From Eledone cirrhosa (taxonomy: Eukaryota): 64,000 nt of DNA. Location of the stretch: contig OZ024748.1 of the NCBI GenBank assembly GCA_964016885.1, positions 41,168,001-41,232,000 of the forward strand, in the 5' to 3' direction. How positions within the stretch are numbered: position 1 is the stretch's first letter; every line of letters begins with the position of its first letter. Both the position numbers and the translations under genes were made by a program. The notes beneath the pieces were generated by a model. It did not search any database and was not told where the DNA came from. It was given only the letters and a program-made list of their open reading frames with translations. Below are positions 25,132-41,059 of the stretch, one piece after another.

Positions 25132-26956
25132 ACACAGTCTCATATATACACAGTCTCATATATACACAGTCTCATATATACACAGTCTCATATATACACA
25201 GTCTCATATACACAGTCTCATATATACAGTCTCATATACACAGTCTCATATACACAGTCTCATATATACACAGTCTCATATATACACAGTCTCATATATA
25301 CACAGTCTCATATACACAGTCTCATATATACACAGTCTCATATATACACAGTCTCATATACACAGTCTCATATACACAGTCTCATATATACACGGTCTCA
25401 TATACACAGTCTCATATACACAGTCTCATATATACACAGTCTCATATACAGTCTCTTATACGCAGTCTCATATATACACAGTCTCATATATACACAGTCT
25501 CATATATACACAGTCTCATATACACAGTCTCATATATACACAGTCTCATATATACACAGTCTCATATATACACAGTCACATATATACACAGTCTCATATA
25601 CACAGTCTCATATATACACAGTCTCATATATACACAGTCTCATATACACACAGTCTCATATACACAGTCTCATATACACAGTCTCATATATACACGGTCT
25701 CATATACACAGTCTCATATACACAGTCTCATATATACACAGTCTCATATACAGTCTCTTATACACAGTCTCATATATACACAGTCTCATATATACACAGT
25801 CTCATATATACACACAGTCTCATATACACAGTCTCATATATACACAGTCTCATATACACACAGTCTCATATACACAGTCTCATATACACAGTCTCATATA
25901 TACACAGTCTCATATATACACAGTCTCATATATACACACAATCTCATATATACACACAGTCTCATATATACACACAGTCTCATATATACACACAGTCTCA
26001 TATATACACAGTCTCATATATACACAGTCTCATATACACAGTCTCATATATACACAGTCTCATATACAGTCTCATATATACACACAGTCTCTTATACACA
26101 GTCTCATATATACACAGTCTCATATATACACAGTCTCATATATACACACAGTCTCATATACACAGTCTCATATATACACAGTCTCATATATACACACAGT
26201 CTCATATACAGTCTCATATATACACAGTCTCATATATACACAATCTCATATATACACACAGTCTCATATACACAGTCTCATATATACAGTCTCATATACA
26301 GTCTCATATATACACACAGTCTCTTATACACAGTCTCATATATACACAGTCTCATATATACACAGTCTCATATATACACACAGTCTCATATATACACACA
26401 GTCTCATATACACAGTCTCATATATACACAGTCTCATATATACACACAGTCTCATATACAGTCTCATATATACACAGTCTCATATATACAGTCTCATATA
26501 TACACACAGTCTCATATATACACACAGTCTCATAGATACACACAGTCTCACGTATACACACAGTCTCATATATACACACAGTCTCACATATACACACAGT
26601 CTCATATATACACACAGTCTCATATACACAGTCTCATATATACACAGTCTCATATATACACACAGTCTCATATATACACACAGTCTCATATATACACACA
26701 GTCTCACATATACACACAGTCTCATATATACACACAGTCTCACATATACACACAGTCTCATATATATACACAGTCTCATATATACACAGTCTCATATATA
26801 CACACAGTCTCATATATACACACAGTCTCATATATACACACAGTCTCATATATACACACAGTCTCATATATACAGTCTCATATATACACAGTCTCATATA
26901 CACACAGTCTCATATACACACAGTCTCATATATACACAGTCTCATATATACACACG
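25132..26956. repeat. 14-18-bp minisatellite CAGTCTCA(TA)n(CA)n
   Basis: Directly visible. Confidence 0.97.
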
Positions 26957-26963
26957 TTTAATA

Positions 26964-27008
<45 letters not shown>

Positions 27009-27099
27009 TTTTCTTTAGGTATTTATATCCAGACAATAGTTAACGTCTGGTCTGAATATATTCCAAGAACTTATATACAATAAAAAAAATTCCAATGAA

Positions 27100-29272
27100 C
27101 AGCAACAACACTACACCACCACCAACACCAACACTACACCACCACCAACAACAACACTACACCAACACCAACACTACACCACCAATAACAACAACACTAC
27201 ACCACCACCAACACCAACACTACACCACCACCAACACCAACACTACACCACCAACACTAACAATATAACACACTACAACAACAACACTACACCACCACCA
27301 ACAACAACACTACACCAACACCAACACTACACCACCAACAACAACAACACTACACCACCACCAACACCAACACTACACCACCACCACCAACACTAACAAT
27401 ATAACACACTACAACAACACTACACCACCACCACCAACACTAACAATATAACACACTACAACAACACTACACCACCAACACTAACAATATAACACACTAC
27501 AATAACACTACACCACCACCAACACTAACAATATAACACACTACGACAACACTACACCACCACCACCAACACTAACAATATAACACACTACAACAACACT
27601 ACACCACCACCACCAACACTAACAATATAACACTACAACAACACTACACCACCAACACTAACAATATAACACACTACAACAACAACACTACACCACCAAC
27701 AACAACACTAACAATATAACACACTACAATAACACTACACCACCACCACCAACACTAACAATATAACACACTACAACAACACTACACCACCACCACCAAC
27801 ACTAACAATATAACACACTACAACAACACTACAGCACCACCACCAACACTAACAATATAACACACTACAACAACACTACACCACCACCACCACCAACACT
27901 AACAATATAACACACTACAACAACACTACACCACCACCAACACTAACTATATAACACACTACAACAACACTACACCACCACCACCAACACTAACAATATA
28001 ACACACTACAACAACACTACACCACCACCACCACCAACACTAACAATATAACACACTACAACAACACTACACCACCACCACCAACACTAACAATATAACA
28101 CACTACAACAACACTACACCACCACCAACACTAACTATATAACACACTACAACAACACTACACCACCACCACCAACACTAACAATATAACACACTACAAC
28201 AACACTACAGCACCACCAACAACACTAACAATATAACACACTACAACAACACTACACCACCACCACCAACACTAACAATATAACACACTACAACAACACT
28301 ACACCACCAACACTAACAATATAACACACTACAACAACAACACTACACCACCAACAACAACACTAACAATATAACACACTACAATAACACTACACCACCA
28401 CCACCAACACTAACAATATAACACACTACAACAACACTACAGCACCACCACCAACACTAACAATATAACACTACAACAACACTACACCACCACCACCAAC
28501 ACTAACACTACACTACCACCACCAACACTAACAATATAACACACTACAACAACAACACTACACCACCAACAACAACACTAACAATATAACACACTACAAT
28601 AACACTACACCACCACCACCAACACTAACAATATAACACACTACAACAACACTACACCACCACCAGCAACACTAACAATATAACACACTACAACAACACT
28701 ACACCACCAACAACACTACAGCACCACCACCACCAACAACACTACAGCACCACCACCAACACTAACAATATAACACACTACAATAACAACACTACACCAC
28801 CACCACCACCAACAACAACACTACAGCACCACCACCAACACTAACAATATAACACACTACAATAACACTACACCACCACCACCAACACTAACAATATAAC
28901 ACACTACAATAACAACACTACACCACCACCACCAACACTAACAATATAACACACTACAACAACACTACACCACCACCACCAACACTAACAATATAACACA
29001 CTACAACAACACTACACCACCACCACCACCACTAACAATATAACACACTACAACAACACTACACCACCACCAACACTAACAATATAACACACTACAACAA
29101 CACTACACCACCACCACCACCAACACTAACAATATAACACACTACAACAACACTACACCACCACCACCACCAACACTAACAATATAACACACTACAACAA
29201 CACTACACCACCACCACCACCACCAACACTAACAATATAACACACTACAATAACAACACTACAGCACCAACA
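27100..29272. repeat. ~41-47-bp C/A-rich minisatellite
   Basis: Unit ACACTACACC(ACC)nAACACTAACAATATAACACACTACAACA. Confidence 0.95.
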
Positions 29273-29669
29273 AGAAAACTAATAACTATACAATTAATCT
29301 TTTCAGTTTGATCTAAGTTTGTGGTACCTTGAGCAACTCTACTACTACTACCACCGCCACTACTACCACTACTACCACTACTACTACTACTCTACTACTA
29401 CTACTGTGTTTGGTTGACCAATATCTCTTGATTTCTATATCTTTATCTGTGTAACACATGAAACCTCCACAAATGGCCCCCACCAAAGATAATTATATCT
29501 AAGCAGATGCCCCTTGAGGACAAAAGAGAAAAACTTTTCCAATAACATCTTTTTTAATCTTTTAATCAGTTGATAGAAGTTTTCTAATTACTTTAAAATA
29601 TTTAATTATATTTTTTTAAACAATAAGCTTTAAAATTTAATCCTAGCCAGGTGTTGGATTTCTCTCTCA

Positions 29670-32600
29670 GGCCCAACCCTATACCTAGCTTGTAGTTTCA
29701 TGTGGTGGACACAGACCAACCCTAAACCTAACTTGTAGTTCCATGTAGTGTGACACAGACCAACCCTAAACCTAACTTGTAGTTTCATGTGGTGGACACA
29801 GACCAACCCTAAACTTAACTTGTAGTTCCATGTAGTGTGACACAGACCAACCCTAAACCTAACTTGTAGTTTCATGTGGTGGACACAGACCAACCCTAAA
29901 CCTAACTTGTAGTTCCATGTAGTGTGACACAGACCAACCCTAAACCTAACTTGTAGTCCCATGTAGTGTGTACACAGACCAACCCTAAACCTAACTTGTA
30001 GTTCCATGTAGTGTGACACAGACCAACCCTAAACCTAACTTGTAGTTCCATGTAGTGTGACACAGACCAACCCTAAACCTAACTTGTAGTCCCATGTAGT
30101 GTGACACAGACCAACCCTAAACCTAACTTGTAGTTCCATGTAGTGTGACACAGACCAACCCTAAACCTAACTTGTAGTTCCATGTAGTGTGACACAGACC
30201 AACCCTAAACCTAACTTGTAGTTCCATGTAGTGTGACACAGACCAACCCTAAACCTAACTTGTAGTTCCATGTAGTGTGACACAGACCAACCCTAAACCT
30301 AACTTGTAGTTCCATGTAGTGTGACACAGACCAACCCTAAACCTAACTTGTAGTTTCATGTAGTGTGACACAGACCAACCCTAAACCTAACTTGTAGTTC
30401 CATGTAGTGTGACACAGACCAACCCTAAACCTAACTTGTAGTTCCATGTAGTGTGACACAGACCAACCCTAAACCTAACTTGTAGTTCCATGTAGTGTGA
30501 CACAGACCAACCCTAAACCTAACTTGTAGTTCCATGTAGTGTGACACAGACCAACCCTAAACCTCACTTGTAGTTCCATGTAGTGTGACACAGACCAACC
30601 CTAAACCTAACTTGTAGTTCCATGTAGTGTGACACAGACCAACCCTAAACCTAACTTGTAGTTTCATGTAGTGTGACACAGACCAACCCTAAACCTAACT
30701 TGTAGTTCCATGTAGTGTGACACAGACCAACCCTAAACCTAACTTGTAGTTCCATGTAGTGTGACACAGACCAACCCTAAACCTAACTTGTAGTTCCATG
30801 TAGTGTGACACAGACCAACCCTAAACCTAACTTGTAGTTCCATGTAGTGTGACACAGACCAACCCTAAACCTAACTTGTAGTTTCATGTAGTGTGACACA
30901 GACCAACCCTAAACCTAACTTGTAGTTCCATGTAGTGTGACACAGACCAACCCTAAACCTAACTTGTAGTTCCATGTAGTGTGACACAGACCAACCCTAA
31001 ACCTAACTTGTAGTTCCATGTAGTGTGACACAGACCAACCCTAAACCTAACTTGTAGTTTCATGTGGTGGACACAGACCAACCCTAAACTTAACTTGTAG
31101 TTCCATGTAGTGTGACACAGACCAACCCTAAACCTAACTTGTAGTTTCATGTGGTGGACACAGACCAACCCTAAACCTAACTTGTAGTTCCATGTAGTGT
31201 GACACAGACCAACCCTAAACCTAACTTGTAGTCCCATGTAGTGTGTACACAGACCAACCCTAAACCTAACTTGTAGTTCCATGTAGTGTGACACAGACCA
31301 ACCCTAAACCTAACTTGTAGTTCCATGTAGTGTGACACAGACCAACCCTAAACCTAACTTGTAGTCCCATGTAGTGTGACACAGACCAACCCTAAACCTA
31401 ACTTGTAGTTCCATGTAGTGTGACACAGACCAACCCTAAACCTAACTTGTAGTTCCATGTAGTGTGACACAGACCAACCCTAAACCTAACTTGTAGTTCC
31501 ATGTAGTGTGACACAGACCAACCCTAAACCTAACTTGTAGTTCCATGTAGTGTGACACAGACCAACCCTAAACCTAACTTGTAGTTCTATGTAGTGTGAC
31601 ACAGACCAACCCTAAACCTAACTTGTAGTTTCATGTAGTGTGACACAGACCAACCCTAAACCTAACTTGTAGTTCCATGTAGTGTGACACAGACCAACCC
31701 TAAACCTAACTTGTAGTTCCATGTAGTGTGACACAGACCAACCCTAAACCTAACTTGTAGTTCCATGTAGTGTGACACAGACCAACCCTAAACCTAACTT
31801 GTAGTTCCATGTAGTGTGACACAGACCAACCCTAAACCTCACTTGTAGTTCCATGTAGTGTGACACAGACCAACCCTAAACCTAACTTGTAGTTCCATGT
31901 AGTGTGACACAGACCAACCCTAAACCTAACTTGTAGTTTCATGTAGTGTGACACAGACCAACCCTAAACCTAACTTGTAGTTCCATGTAGTGTGACACAG
32001 ACCAACCCTAAACCTAACTTGTAGTTCCATGTAGTGTGACACAGACCAACCCTAAACCTAACTTGTAGTTCCATGTAGTGTGACACAGACCAACCCTAAA
32101 CCTAACTTGTAGTTCCATGTAGTGTGACACAGACCAACCCTAAACCTAACTTGTAGTTTCATGTAGTGTGACACAGACCAACCCTAAACCTAACTTGTAG
32201 TTCCATGTAGTGTGACACAGACCAACCCTAAACCTAACTTGTAGTTCCATGTAGTGTGACACAGACCAACCCTAAACCTAACTTGTAGTTTCATGTAGTG
32301 TGACACAGACCAACCCTAAACCTAACTTGTAGTTCCATGTAGTGTGACACAGACCAACCCTAAACCTAACTTGTAGTTCCATGTAGTGTGACACAGACCA
32401 ACCCTAAACCTAACTTGTAGTTTCATGTGGTGGACACAGACCAACCCTAAACCTAACTTGTAGTTCCATGTAGTGTGACACAGACCAACCCTAAACCTAA
32501 CTTGTAGTTCCATGTAGTGTGACACAGACCAACCCTAAACCTAACTTGTAGTTTCATGTGGTGGACACAGACCAACCCTAAACCTAACTTGTAGTTCCAT

Positions 32601-35600
32601 GTAGTGTGACACAGACCAACCCTAAACCTAACTTGTAGTTCCATGTAGTGTGACACAGACCAACCCTAAACCTAACTTGTAGTTCCATGTAGTGTGACAC
32701 AGACCAACCCTAAACCTAACTTGTAGTTTCATGTAGTGTGTACACAGACCAACCCTAAACCTAACTTGTAGTTTCATGTGGTGGACAGAGACCACCCTTA
32801 TACCTAACTTGTAGTTTCATGTGGTGGAGACAGACCAACCCTAAACCTAACTTGTAGTTCCATGTGGTGGACACAGACCACCCTTATACCTAACTTGTAG
32901 TTTCATGTGGTGGACACAGACCACCCTTATACCTAACTTGTAGTTTCATGTGGTGGACACAGACCACCCTTATACCTAACTTGTAGTTTCATGTGGTGGA
33001 CACAGACCAACCTTATACCTAACTTGTAGTTTCATGTGGTGGACACAGACCAACCTTATACCTAACTTGTAGTTTCATGTGGTGGACACAGACCAACCTT
33101 ATACCTAACTTGTAGTTTCATGTAGTGTGACACAGACCACCCTTATACCTAACTTGTAGTTTCATGTGGTGGACACAGACCAACCTCATACCTAACTTGT
33201 AGTTTCATGTGGTGGACACAGACCAACCTTATACCTAACTTGTAGTTTCATGTGGTGGACACAGACCAACCTTATACCTAACTTGTAGTTTTATGTAGTG
33301 TGACACAGACCACCCTTATACCTAACTTGTAGTTTCATGTGGTGGACACAGACCACCCTTATACCTAACTTGTAGTTCCATGTGGTGGACACAGACCACC
33401 CTTATACCTAACTTGTAGTTTCATGTAGTGTGACACAGACCACCCTTATACCTAACTTGTAGTTTCATGTGGTGGACACAGACCAACCTTATACCTAACT
33501 TGTAGTTTCATGTGGTGGACACAGACCAACCTTATACCTAACTTGTAGTTTCATGTAGTGTGACACAGACCACCCTTATACCTAACTTGTAGTTTCATGT
33601 AGTGTGACACAGACCACCCTTATACCTAACTTGTAGTTTCATGTGGTGGACACAGACCAACCTTATACCTAACTTGTAGTTTCATGTGGTGGCCACAGAC
33701 CACCCTTATACCTAACTTGTAGTTCCATGTGGTGGCCACAGACCAACACTTATACCTAACTTGTAGTTCCATGTGGTGGACACAGACCACCCTTATACCT
33801 AACTTGTAGTTTCATGTGGTGTGACACAGACCACCCTTATACCTAACTTGTAGTTCCATGTGGTGGACACAGACCAACCCTAAACCTAACTTGTAGTTTC
33901 ATGTGGTGGACACAGACCAACCTTATACCTAACTTGTAGTTTCATGTGGTGGACACAGACCAACCTTATACCTAACTTGTAGTTCCATGTGGTGGACACA
34001 GACCACCCTTATACCTAACTTGTAGTTTCATGTGGTGGACACAGACCACCCTTATACCTAACTTGTAGTTCCATGTGGTGGACACAGACCAACCCTAAAC
34101 CTAACTTGTAGTTTCATGTGGTGGACACAGACCACCCTTATACCTAACTTGTAGTTTCATGTGGTGGACACAGACCACCCTTATACCTAACTTGTAGTTT
34201 CATGTGGTGGACACAGACCAACCTTATACCTAACTTGTAGTTCCATGTAGTGTGTACACAGACCACCCTTATACCTAACTTGTAGTTTCATGTGGTGGAC
34301 ACAGACCAACCCTAAACCTAACTTGTAGTTTCATGTGGTGGACACAGACCACCCTTATACCTAACTTGTAGTTTCATGTGGTGGACACAGACCACCCTTA
34401 TACCTAACTTGTAGTTCCATGTGGTGGACACAGACCAACCTTATACCTAACTTGTAGTTTCATGTGGTGGACACAGACCACCCTTATACCTAACTTGTAG
34501 TTCCATGTGGTGGACACAGACCACCCTTATACCTAACTTGTAGTTTCATGTGGTGGACACAGACCAACCTTATACCTAACTTGTAGTTCCATGTGGTGGA
34601 CACAGACCACCCTTATACCTAACTTGTAGTTTCATGTGGTGGACACAGACCACCCTTATACCTAACTTGTAGTTCCATGTGGTGGACACAGACCACCCTT
34701 ATACCTAACTTGTAGTTTCATGTGGTGGACACAGACCACCCTTATACCTAACTTGTAGTTTCATGTGGTGGACACAGACCACCCTTATACCTAACTTGTA
34801 GTTTCATGTGGTGGACACAGACCAACCTTATACCTAACTTGTAGTTCCATGTGGTGGACACAGACCACCCTTATACCTAACTTGTAGTTCCATGTAGTAG
34901 ACACAGACCACCCTTATACCTAACTTGTAGTTTCATGTGGTGGACACAGACCACCCTTATACCTAACTTGTAGTTTCATGTGGTGGACACAGACCACCCT
35001 TATACCTAACTTGTAGTTTCATGTGGTGGACACAGACCAACCCTTATACCTAACTTGTAGTTCCATGTGGTGGACACAGACCACCCTTATACCTAACTTG
35101 TAGTTCCATGTAGTGGACACAGACCACCCTTATACCTAACTTGTAGTTTCATATAGTGGACACAGACCACCCTTATACCTAACTTGTAGTTTCATGTAGT
35201 GGACACAGACCACCCTTATACCTAACTTGTAGATCCATGTAGTGGACACAGACCACCCTTATACCTAACTTGTAGTTTCATGTGGTGGACACAGACCACC
35301 CTTATACCTAACTTGTAGTTTCATGTGGTGGACACAGACCACCCTTATACCTAACTTGTAGTTTCATGTGGTGGACACAGACCAACCTTATACCTAACTT
35401 GTAGTTTCATGTGGTGGACACAGACCACCCTTATACCTAACTTGTAGTTTCATGTGGTGGACACAGACCACCCTTATACCTAACTTGTAGTTTCATGTGG
35501 TGGACACAGACCACCCTTATACCTAACTTGTAGTTTCATGTGGTGGACACAGACCACCCTTATACCTAACTTGTAGTTTCATGTGGTGGACACAGACCAC

Positions 35601-38600
35601 CCTTATACCTAACTTGTAGTTTCATGTGGTGGACACAGACCACCCTTATACCTAACTTGTAGTTCCATGTGGTGGACACAGACCACCCTTATACCTAACT
35701 TGTAGTTCCATGTGGTGGACACAGACCACCCTTATACCTAACTTGTAGTTCCATGTAGCGGACACAGACCACCCTTATACCTAACTTGTAGTTCCATGTA
35801 GCGGACACAGACCACCCTTATACCTAACTTGTAGTTCCATGTAGCGGACACAGACCACCCTTATACCTAACTTGTAGTTCCATGTAGCGGACACAGACCA
35901 CCCTTATACCTAACTTGTAGTTCCATGTAGCGGACACAGACCACCCTTATACCTAACTTGTAGTTCCATGTGGTGGACACAGACCACCCTTATACCTAAC
36001 TTGTAGTTCCATGTGGTGGACACAGACCACCCTTATACCTAACTTGTAGTTCCATGTGGTGGACACAGACCAACCTTATACCTAACTTGTAGTTCCATGT
36101 GGTGGACACAGACCACCCTTATACCTAACTTGTAGTTTCATGTGGTGGACACAGACCAACCTTATACCTAACTTGTAGTTCCATGTGGTGGACACAGACC
36201 ACCCTTATACCTAACTTGTAGTTCCATGTAGTGTGACACAGACCACCCTTATACCTAACTTGTAGTTCCATGTAGTGTGACACAGACCACCCTTATACCT
36301 AACTTGTAGTTCCATGTAGTGGACACAGACCACCCTTATACCTAACTTGTAGTTCCATGTAGTGTGACACAGACCACCCTTATACCTAACTTGTAGTTCC
36401 ATGTAGTGGACACAGACCACCCTTATACCTAACTTGTAGTTCCATGTGGTGGACACAGACCACCCTTATACCTAACTTGTAGTTCCATGTGGTGGACACA
36501 GACCAACCTTATACCTAACTTGTAGTTCCATGTGGTGGACACAGACCAACCTTATACCTAACTTGTAGTTCCATGTGGTGGACACAGACCAACCTTATAC
36601 CTAACTTGTAGTTCCATGTAGTGTGACACAGACCACCCTTATACCTAACTTGTAGTTCCATGTAGTGTGACACAGACCACCCTTATACCTAACTTGTAGT
36701 TCCATGTAGTGTGACACAGACCACCCTTATACCTAACTTGTAGTTCCATGTAGTGGACACAGACCAACCTTATACCTAACTTGTAGTTCCATGTGGTGGA
36801 CACAGACCACCCTTATACCTAACTTGTAGTTCCATGTAGTGGACACAGACCAACCTTATACCTAACTTGTAGTTCCATGTGGTGGACACAGACCACCCTT
36901 ATACCTAACTTGTAGTTTCATGTGGTGGACACAGACCAACCTTATACCTAACTTGTAGTTCCATGTGGTGGACACAGACCACCCTTATACCTAACTTGTA
37001 GTTTCATGTGGTGGACACAGACCACCCTTATACCTAACTTGTAGTTCCATGTAGTGTGACACAGACCACCCTTATACCTAACTTGTAGTTCCATGTAGTG
37101 TGACACAGACCACCCTTATACCTAACCTGTAGTTCCATGTAGTGTGACACAGACCACCCTTATACCTAACTTGTAGTTCCATGTAGTGGACACAGACCAC
37201 CCTTATACCTAACTTGTAGTTCCATGTGGTGGACACAGACCACCCTTATACCTAACTTGTAGTTCCATGTGGTGGACACAGACCACCCTTATACCTAACT
37301 TGTAGTTCCATGTGGTGGACACAGACCACCCTTATACCTAACTTGTAGTTCCATGTAGTGGACACAGACCACCCTTATACCTAACTTGTAGTTCCATGTG
37401 GTGGACACAGACCACCCTTATACCTAACTTGTAGTTCCATGTGGTGGACACAGACCAACCTTATACCTAACTTGTAGTTCCATGTGGTGGACACAGACCA
37501 CCCTTATACCTAACTTGTAGTTCCATGTGGTGGACACAGACCACCCTTATACCTAACTTGTAGTTCCATGTGGTGGACACAGACCAACCTTATACCTAAC
37601 TTGTAGTTCCATGTGGTGGACACAGACCAACCCTTATACCTAACTTGTAGTTCCATGTGGTGGACACAGACCACCCTTATACCTAACTTGTAGTTCCATG
37701 TGGTGGACACAGACCACCCTTATACCTAACTTGTAGTTCCATGTGGTGGACACAGACCACCCTTATACCTAACTTGTAGTTCCATGTGGTGGACACAGAC
37801 CACCCTTATACCTAACTTGTAGTTCCATGTGGTGGACACAGACCACCCTTATACCTAACTTGTAGTTCCATGTAGCGGACACAGACCAACCTTATACCTA
37901 ACTTGTAGTTCCATGTGGTGGACACAGACCACCCTTATACCTAACTTGTAGTTCCATGTGGTGGACACAGACCAACCTTATACCTAACTTGTAGTTCCAT
38001 GTGGTGGACACAGACCAACCTTATACCTAACTTGTAGTTCCATGTGGTGGACACAGACCACCCTTATACCTAACTTGTAGTTCCATGTGGTGGACACAGA
38101 CCAACCTTATACCTAACTTGTAGTTCCATGTGGTGGACACAGACCACCCTTATACCTAACTTGTAGTTCCATGTGGTGGACACAGACCAACCTTATACCT
38201 AACTTGTAGTTCCATGTGGTGGACACAGACCACCCTTATACCTAACTTGTAGTTCCATGTGGTGGACACAGACCACCCTTATACCTAACTTGTAGTTCCA
38301 TGTAGCGGACACAGACCACACAGACCAACCTTATACCTAACTTGTAGTTCCATGTGGTGGACACAGACCACCCTTATACCTAACTTGTAGTTCCATGTGG
38401 TGGACACAGACCACCCTTATACCTAACTTGTAGTTCCATGTGGTGGACACAGACCACCCTTATACCTAACTTGTAGTTTCATGTGGTGGACACAGACCAA
38501 CCTTATACCTAACTTGTAGTTCCATGTAGCGGACACAGACCACCCTTATACCTAACTTGTAGTTCCATGTGGTGGACACAGACCAACCTTATACCTAACT

Positions 38601-39063
38601 TGTAGTTCCATGTAGCGGACACAGACCACCCTTATACCTAACTTGTAGTTCCATGTGGTGTGACACAGACCACCCTTATACCTAACTTGTAGTTCCATGT
38701 GGTGTGACACAGACCACCCTTATACCTAACTTGTAGTTCCATGTAGTGGACACAGACCACCCTTATACCTAACTTGTAGTTCCATGTAGTGTGACACAGA
38801 CCACCCTTATACCTAACTTGTAGTTCCATGTGGTGGACACAGACCACCCTTATACCTAACTTGTAGTTCCATGTAGTGGACACAGACCACCCTTATACCT
38901 AACTTGTAGTTCCATGTAGTGGACACAGACCACCCTTATACCTAACTTGTAGTTCCATGTGGTGTGACACAGACCACCCTTATACCTAACTTGTAGTTCC
39001 ATGTGGTGGACACAGACCAACCTTATACCTAACTTGTAGTTTCATGTGGTGGACACAGACCAA
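29670..39063. repeat. 9.4-kb satellite array of 43/44-bp units
   Basis: CACAGACCAACCCTAAACCTAACTTGTAGTTCCATGTAGTGTGA (44 bp) switches near 32760 to CACAGACCACCCTTATACCTAACTTGTAGTTYCATGTGGTGGA (43 bp). Confidence 0.98.
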
Positions 39064-39167
39064 CTAAGGCCTTTTGAATGGAATTTGGTAGATGGAAGCT
39101 ATGTGGAAGCCTGTCATATGTATAAGCTATAATTATCATTAGATTATGTTCCTTATGTTCCCATGGT

Positions 39168-39352
39168 ATGGCAGAATCGGTAGAGCAGGGGGACAAAATG
39201 CTTAGCAACTATTAGTTACATTCTGAGTTGAAATCCCACTGAGGTCCACTCTACCTTGCATCCTTCCAGGGTTGATAAAAGTACCAGTAATGTACTGAGG
39301 TCAGTATAATCTATTTATCCCTCACATTGCTGGCCTTGGGCCTAGATTAGAA
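39168..39352 (+). mobile_element. Diverged SINE (family A)
   Basis: TGGCAGAATCGGTAGAGC...CTGAGTTGAAATCC...CATCCTTCCAGGGTTGATAAAAGTACCAG...TGCTGGCCTTG. Confidence 0.7.
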
Positions 39353-39403
39353 ATATATTTTACCCTATATTGTAAAGATTTACACATTCTCATTTCTTCT
39401 TCA

Positions 39404-39870
39404 ACACCACCACCACCACCACCACCACCACCACCACCACTACCACCACCACCACCATCACCACCACCACCATCATTATCATCAACACCAACACCACCAC
39501 CACCACCACCACCACCACCATCATCACCACCACCACCACCACCACCACCATCATCACCACCACCACCACCATCACCACCACCACCACCACCACCACCACC
39601 ACCACCACCACCACCACCACCACCATCACCACCACCACCACCACCATCACCATCATTATCATCAACACCAACACCACCACCACCACCACCACCACCATCA
39701 CCACCACCACCACCACCACCACCATCATCACCACCACCACCACCATCAACATCACCACCACCATCACCACCACCATCACCACCACCACCACCACCACCAC
39801 CACCACCACCACCAACATCATCATCACCATCACCATCACCACCATCATCACTTCCACCACCACCACCATC
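39404..39870. repeat. (CAC)n/(CAT)n microsatellite
   Basis: Directly visible. Confidence 0.95.
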
Positions 39871-40065
39871 TAACGTCTATCTCTCCATACTTATGTGGGT
39901 TAGACAGGTTGTCACGTTCTAAAACAAGTGATCACATCCAATATAGATCTGTATTGATTGACAGACTCTCTGGACAATCTAATTAGAGGATCAACAGTTG
40001 AGACTTTAGAAAAATAAACGGTTTCTTTATTGATTGTTGTGTGGATATGTGGCACCTGCTGGAGT

Positions 40066-40815
40066 TGTGGGGTGTCACAGTGACATACACCATGTCTGGG
40101 GTGTCATAGTGAAATACACCATGTCTGGCGTGTCATAGTCACATACACCATGTCTGGGGTGTCACAGTAGGGTACACCATGTCTGAGGTGTCACAGTGAC
40201 ATACACCATGTCTGGGGTGTCACAGTAGGGTACACCATGTCTGGGGTGTCACAGTAGGGTACACCATGTCTGGGGTGTCATAGTGAAATACACCATGTCT
40301 GGGGTGTCATAGTCACATACACCATGTCTGGGGTGTCACAGTAGGGTACACCATGTCTGAGGTGTCACAGTGACATACACCATGTCTGGGGTGTCACAGT
40401 AGGGTACACCATGTCTGGGGTGTCACAGTAGGGTACACCATGTCTGGGGTGTCATAGTGAAATACACCATGTCTGGGGTGTCACAGTAGGGTACACCATG
40501 TCAGGGGTGTCACAGTAGGGTACACCATGTCTGGGGTGTCACAGTGACATACACCATGTTGGGGTGTCACAGTAGGGTACACCATGTCAGGGGTGTCACA
40601 GTAGGGTACACCATGTCTGGGGTGTCACAGTGACATACACCATGTTGGGGTGTCACAGTAGGGTACACCATGTCTGGGGTGTCATAGTGAAATACACCAT
40701 GTCTGGGGTGTCATAGTTACATACACCATGTCAGGGGTGTCACAGTAGGGTACACCATGTCAGGGGTGTCACAGTAGGGTACACCATGTCTGGGGTGTCA
40801 CATATACCATGTCTG
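40066..40815. repeat. 29-bp minisatellite
   Basis: Unit TACACCATGTCTGGGGTGTCACAGTAGGG. Confidence 0.95.
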
Positions 40816-41059
40816 AGACACTTTAAACCTAGTGGATCCTATCCCTTCTCCAGGTCAGAACACAGCTGATTCTTTTTAAGACGAGAGAGAGAGAGAGAGA
40901 GAAGTGAACTCAAACGATGTGAAATGAAGAACCTTGCTTAAGGACACAATGCACTACTCAGTTTGGGTGTTAAACCCACAGCCTTGTAATCCTGAACCTA
41001 ACACTCTAACCAGTACACTACACACACACCAGAGTTTGTAGAGAGACCTAACTAAATGT

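Noticed and set aside
29325-29515. Minus-strand exon with pyrimidine tract/AAG acceptor and AAG|GTACCA donor
   Set aside because: All three frames from the acceptor hit stops; it could be non-coding but is unsupported.
29670-39063. CRISPR array or telomere
   Set aside because: There are no unique spacers or cas genes, and the context is eukaryotic. CCCTAA occurs once per 44-bp unit, not as a tandem telomeric tract.
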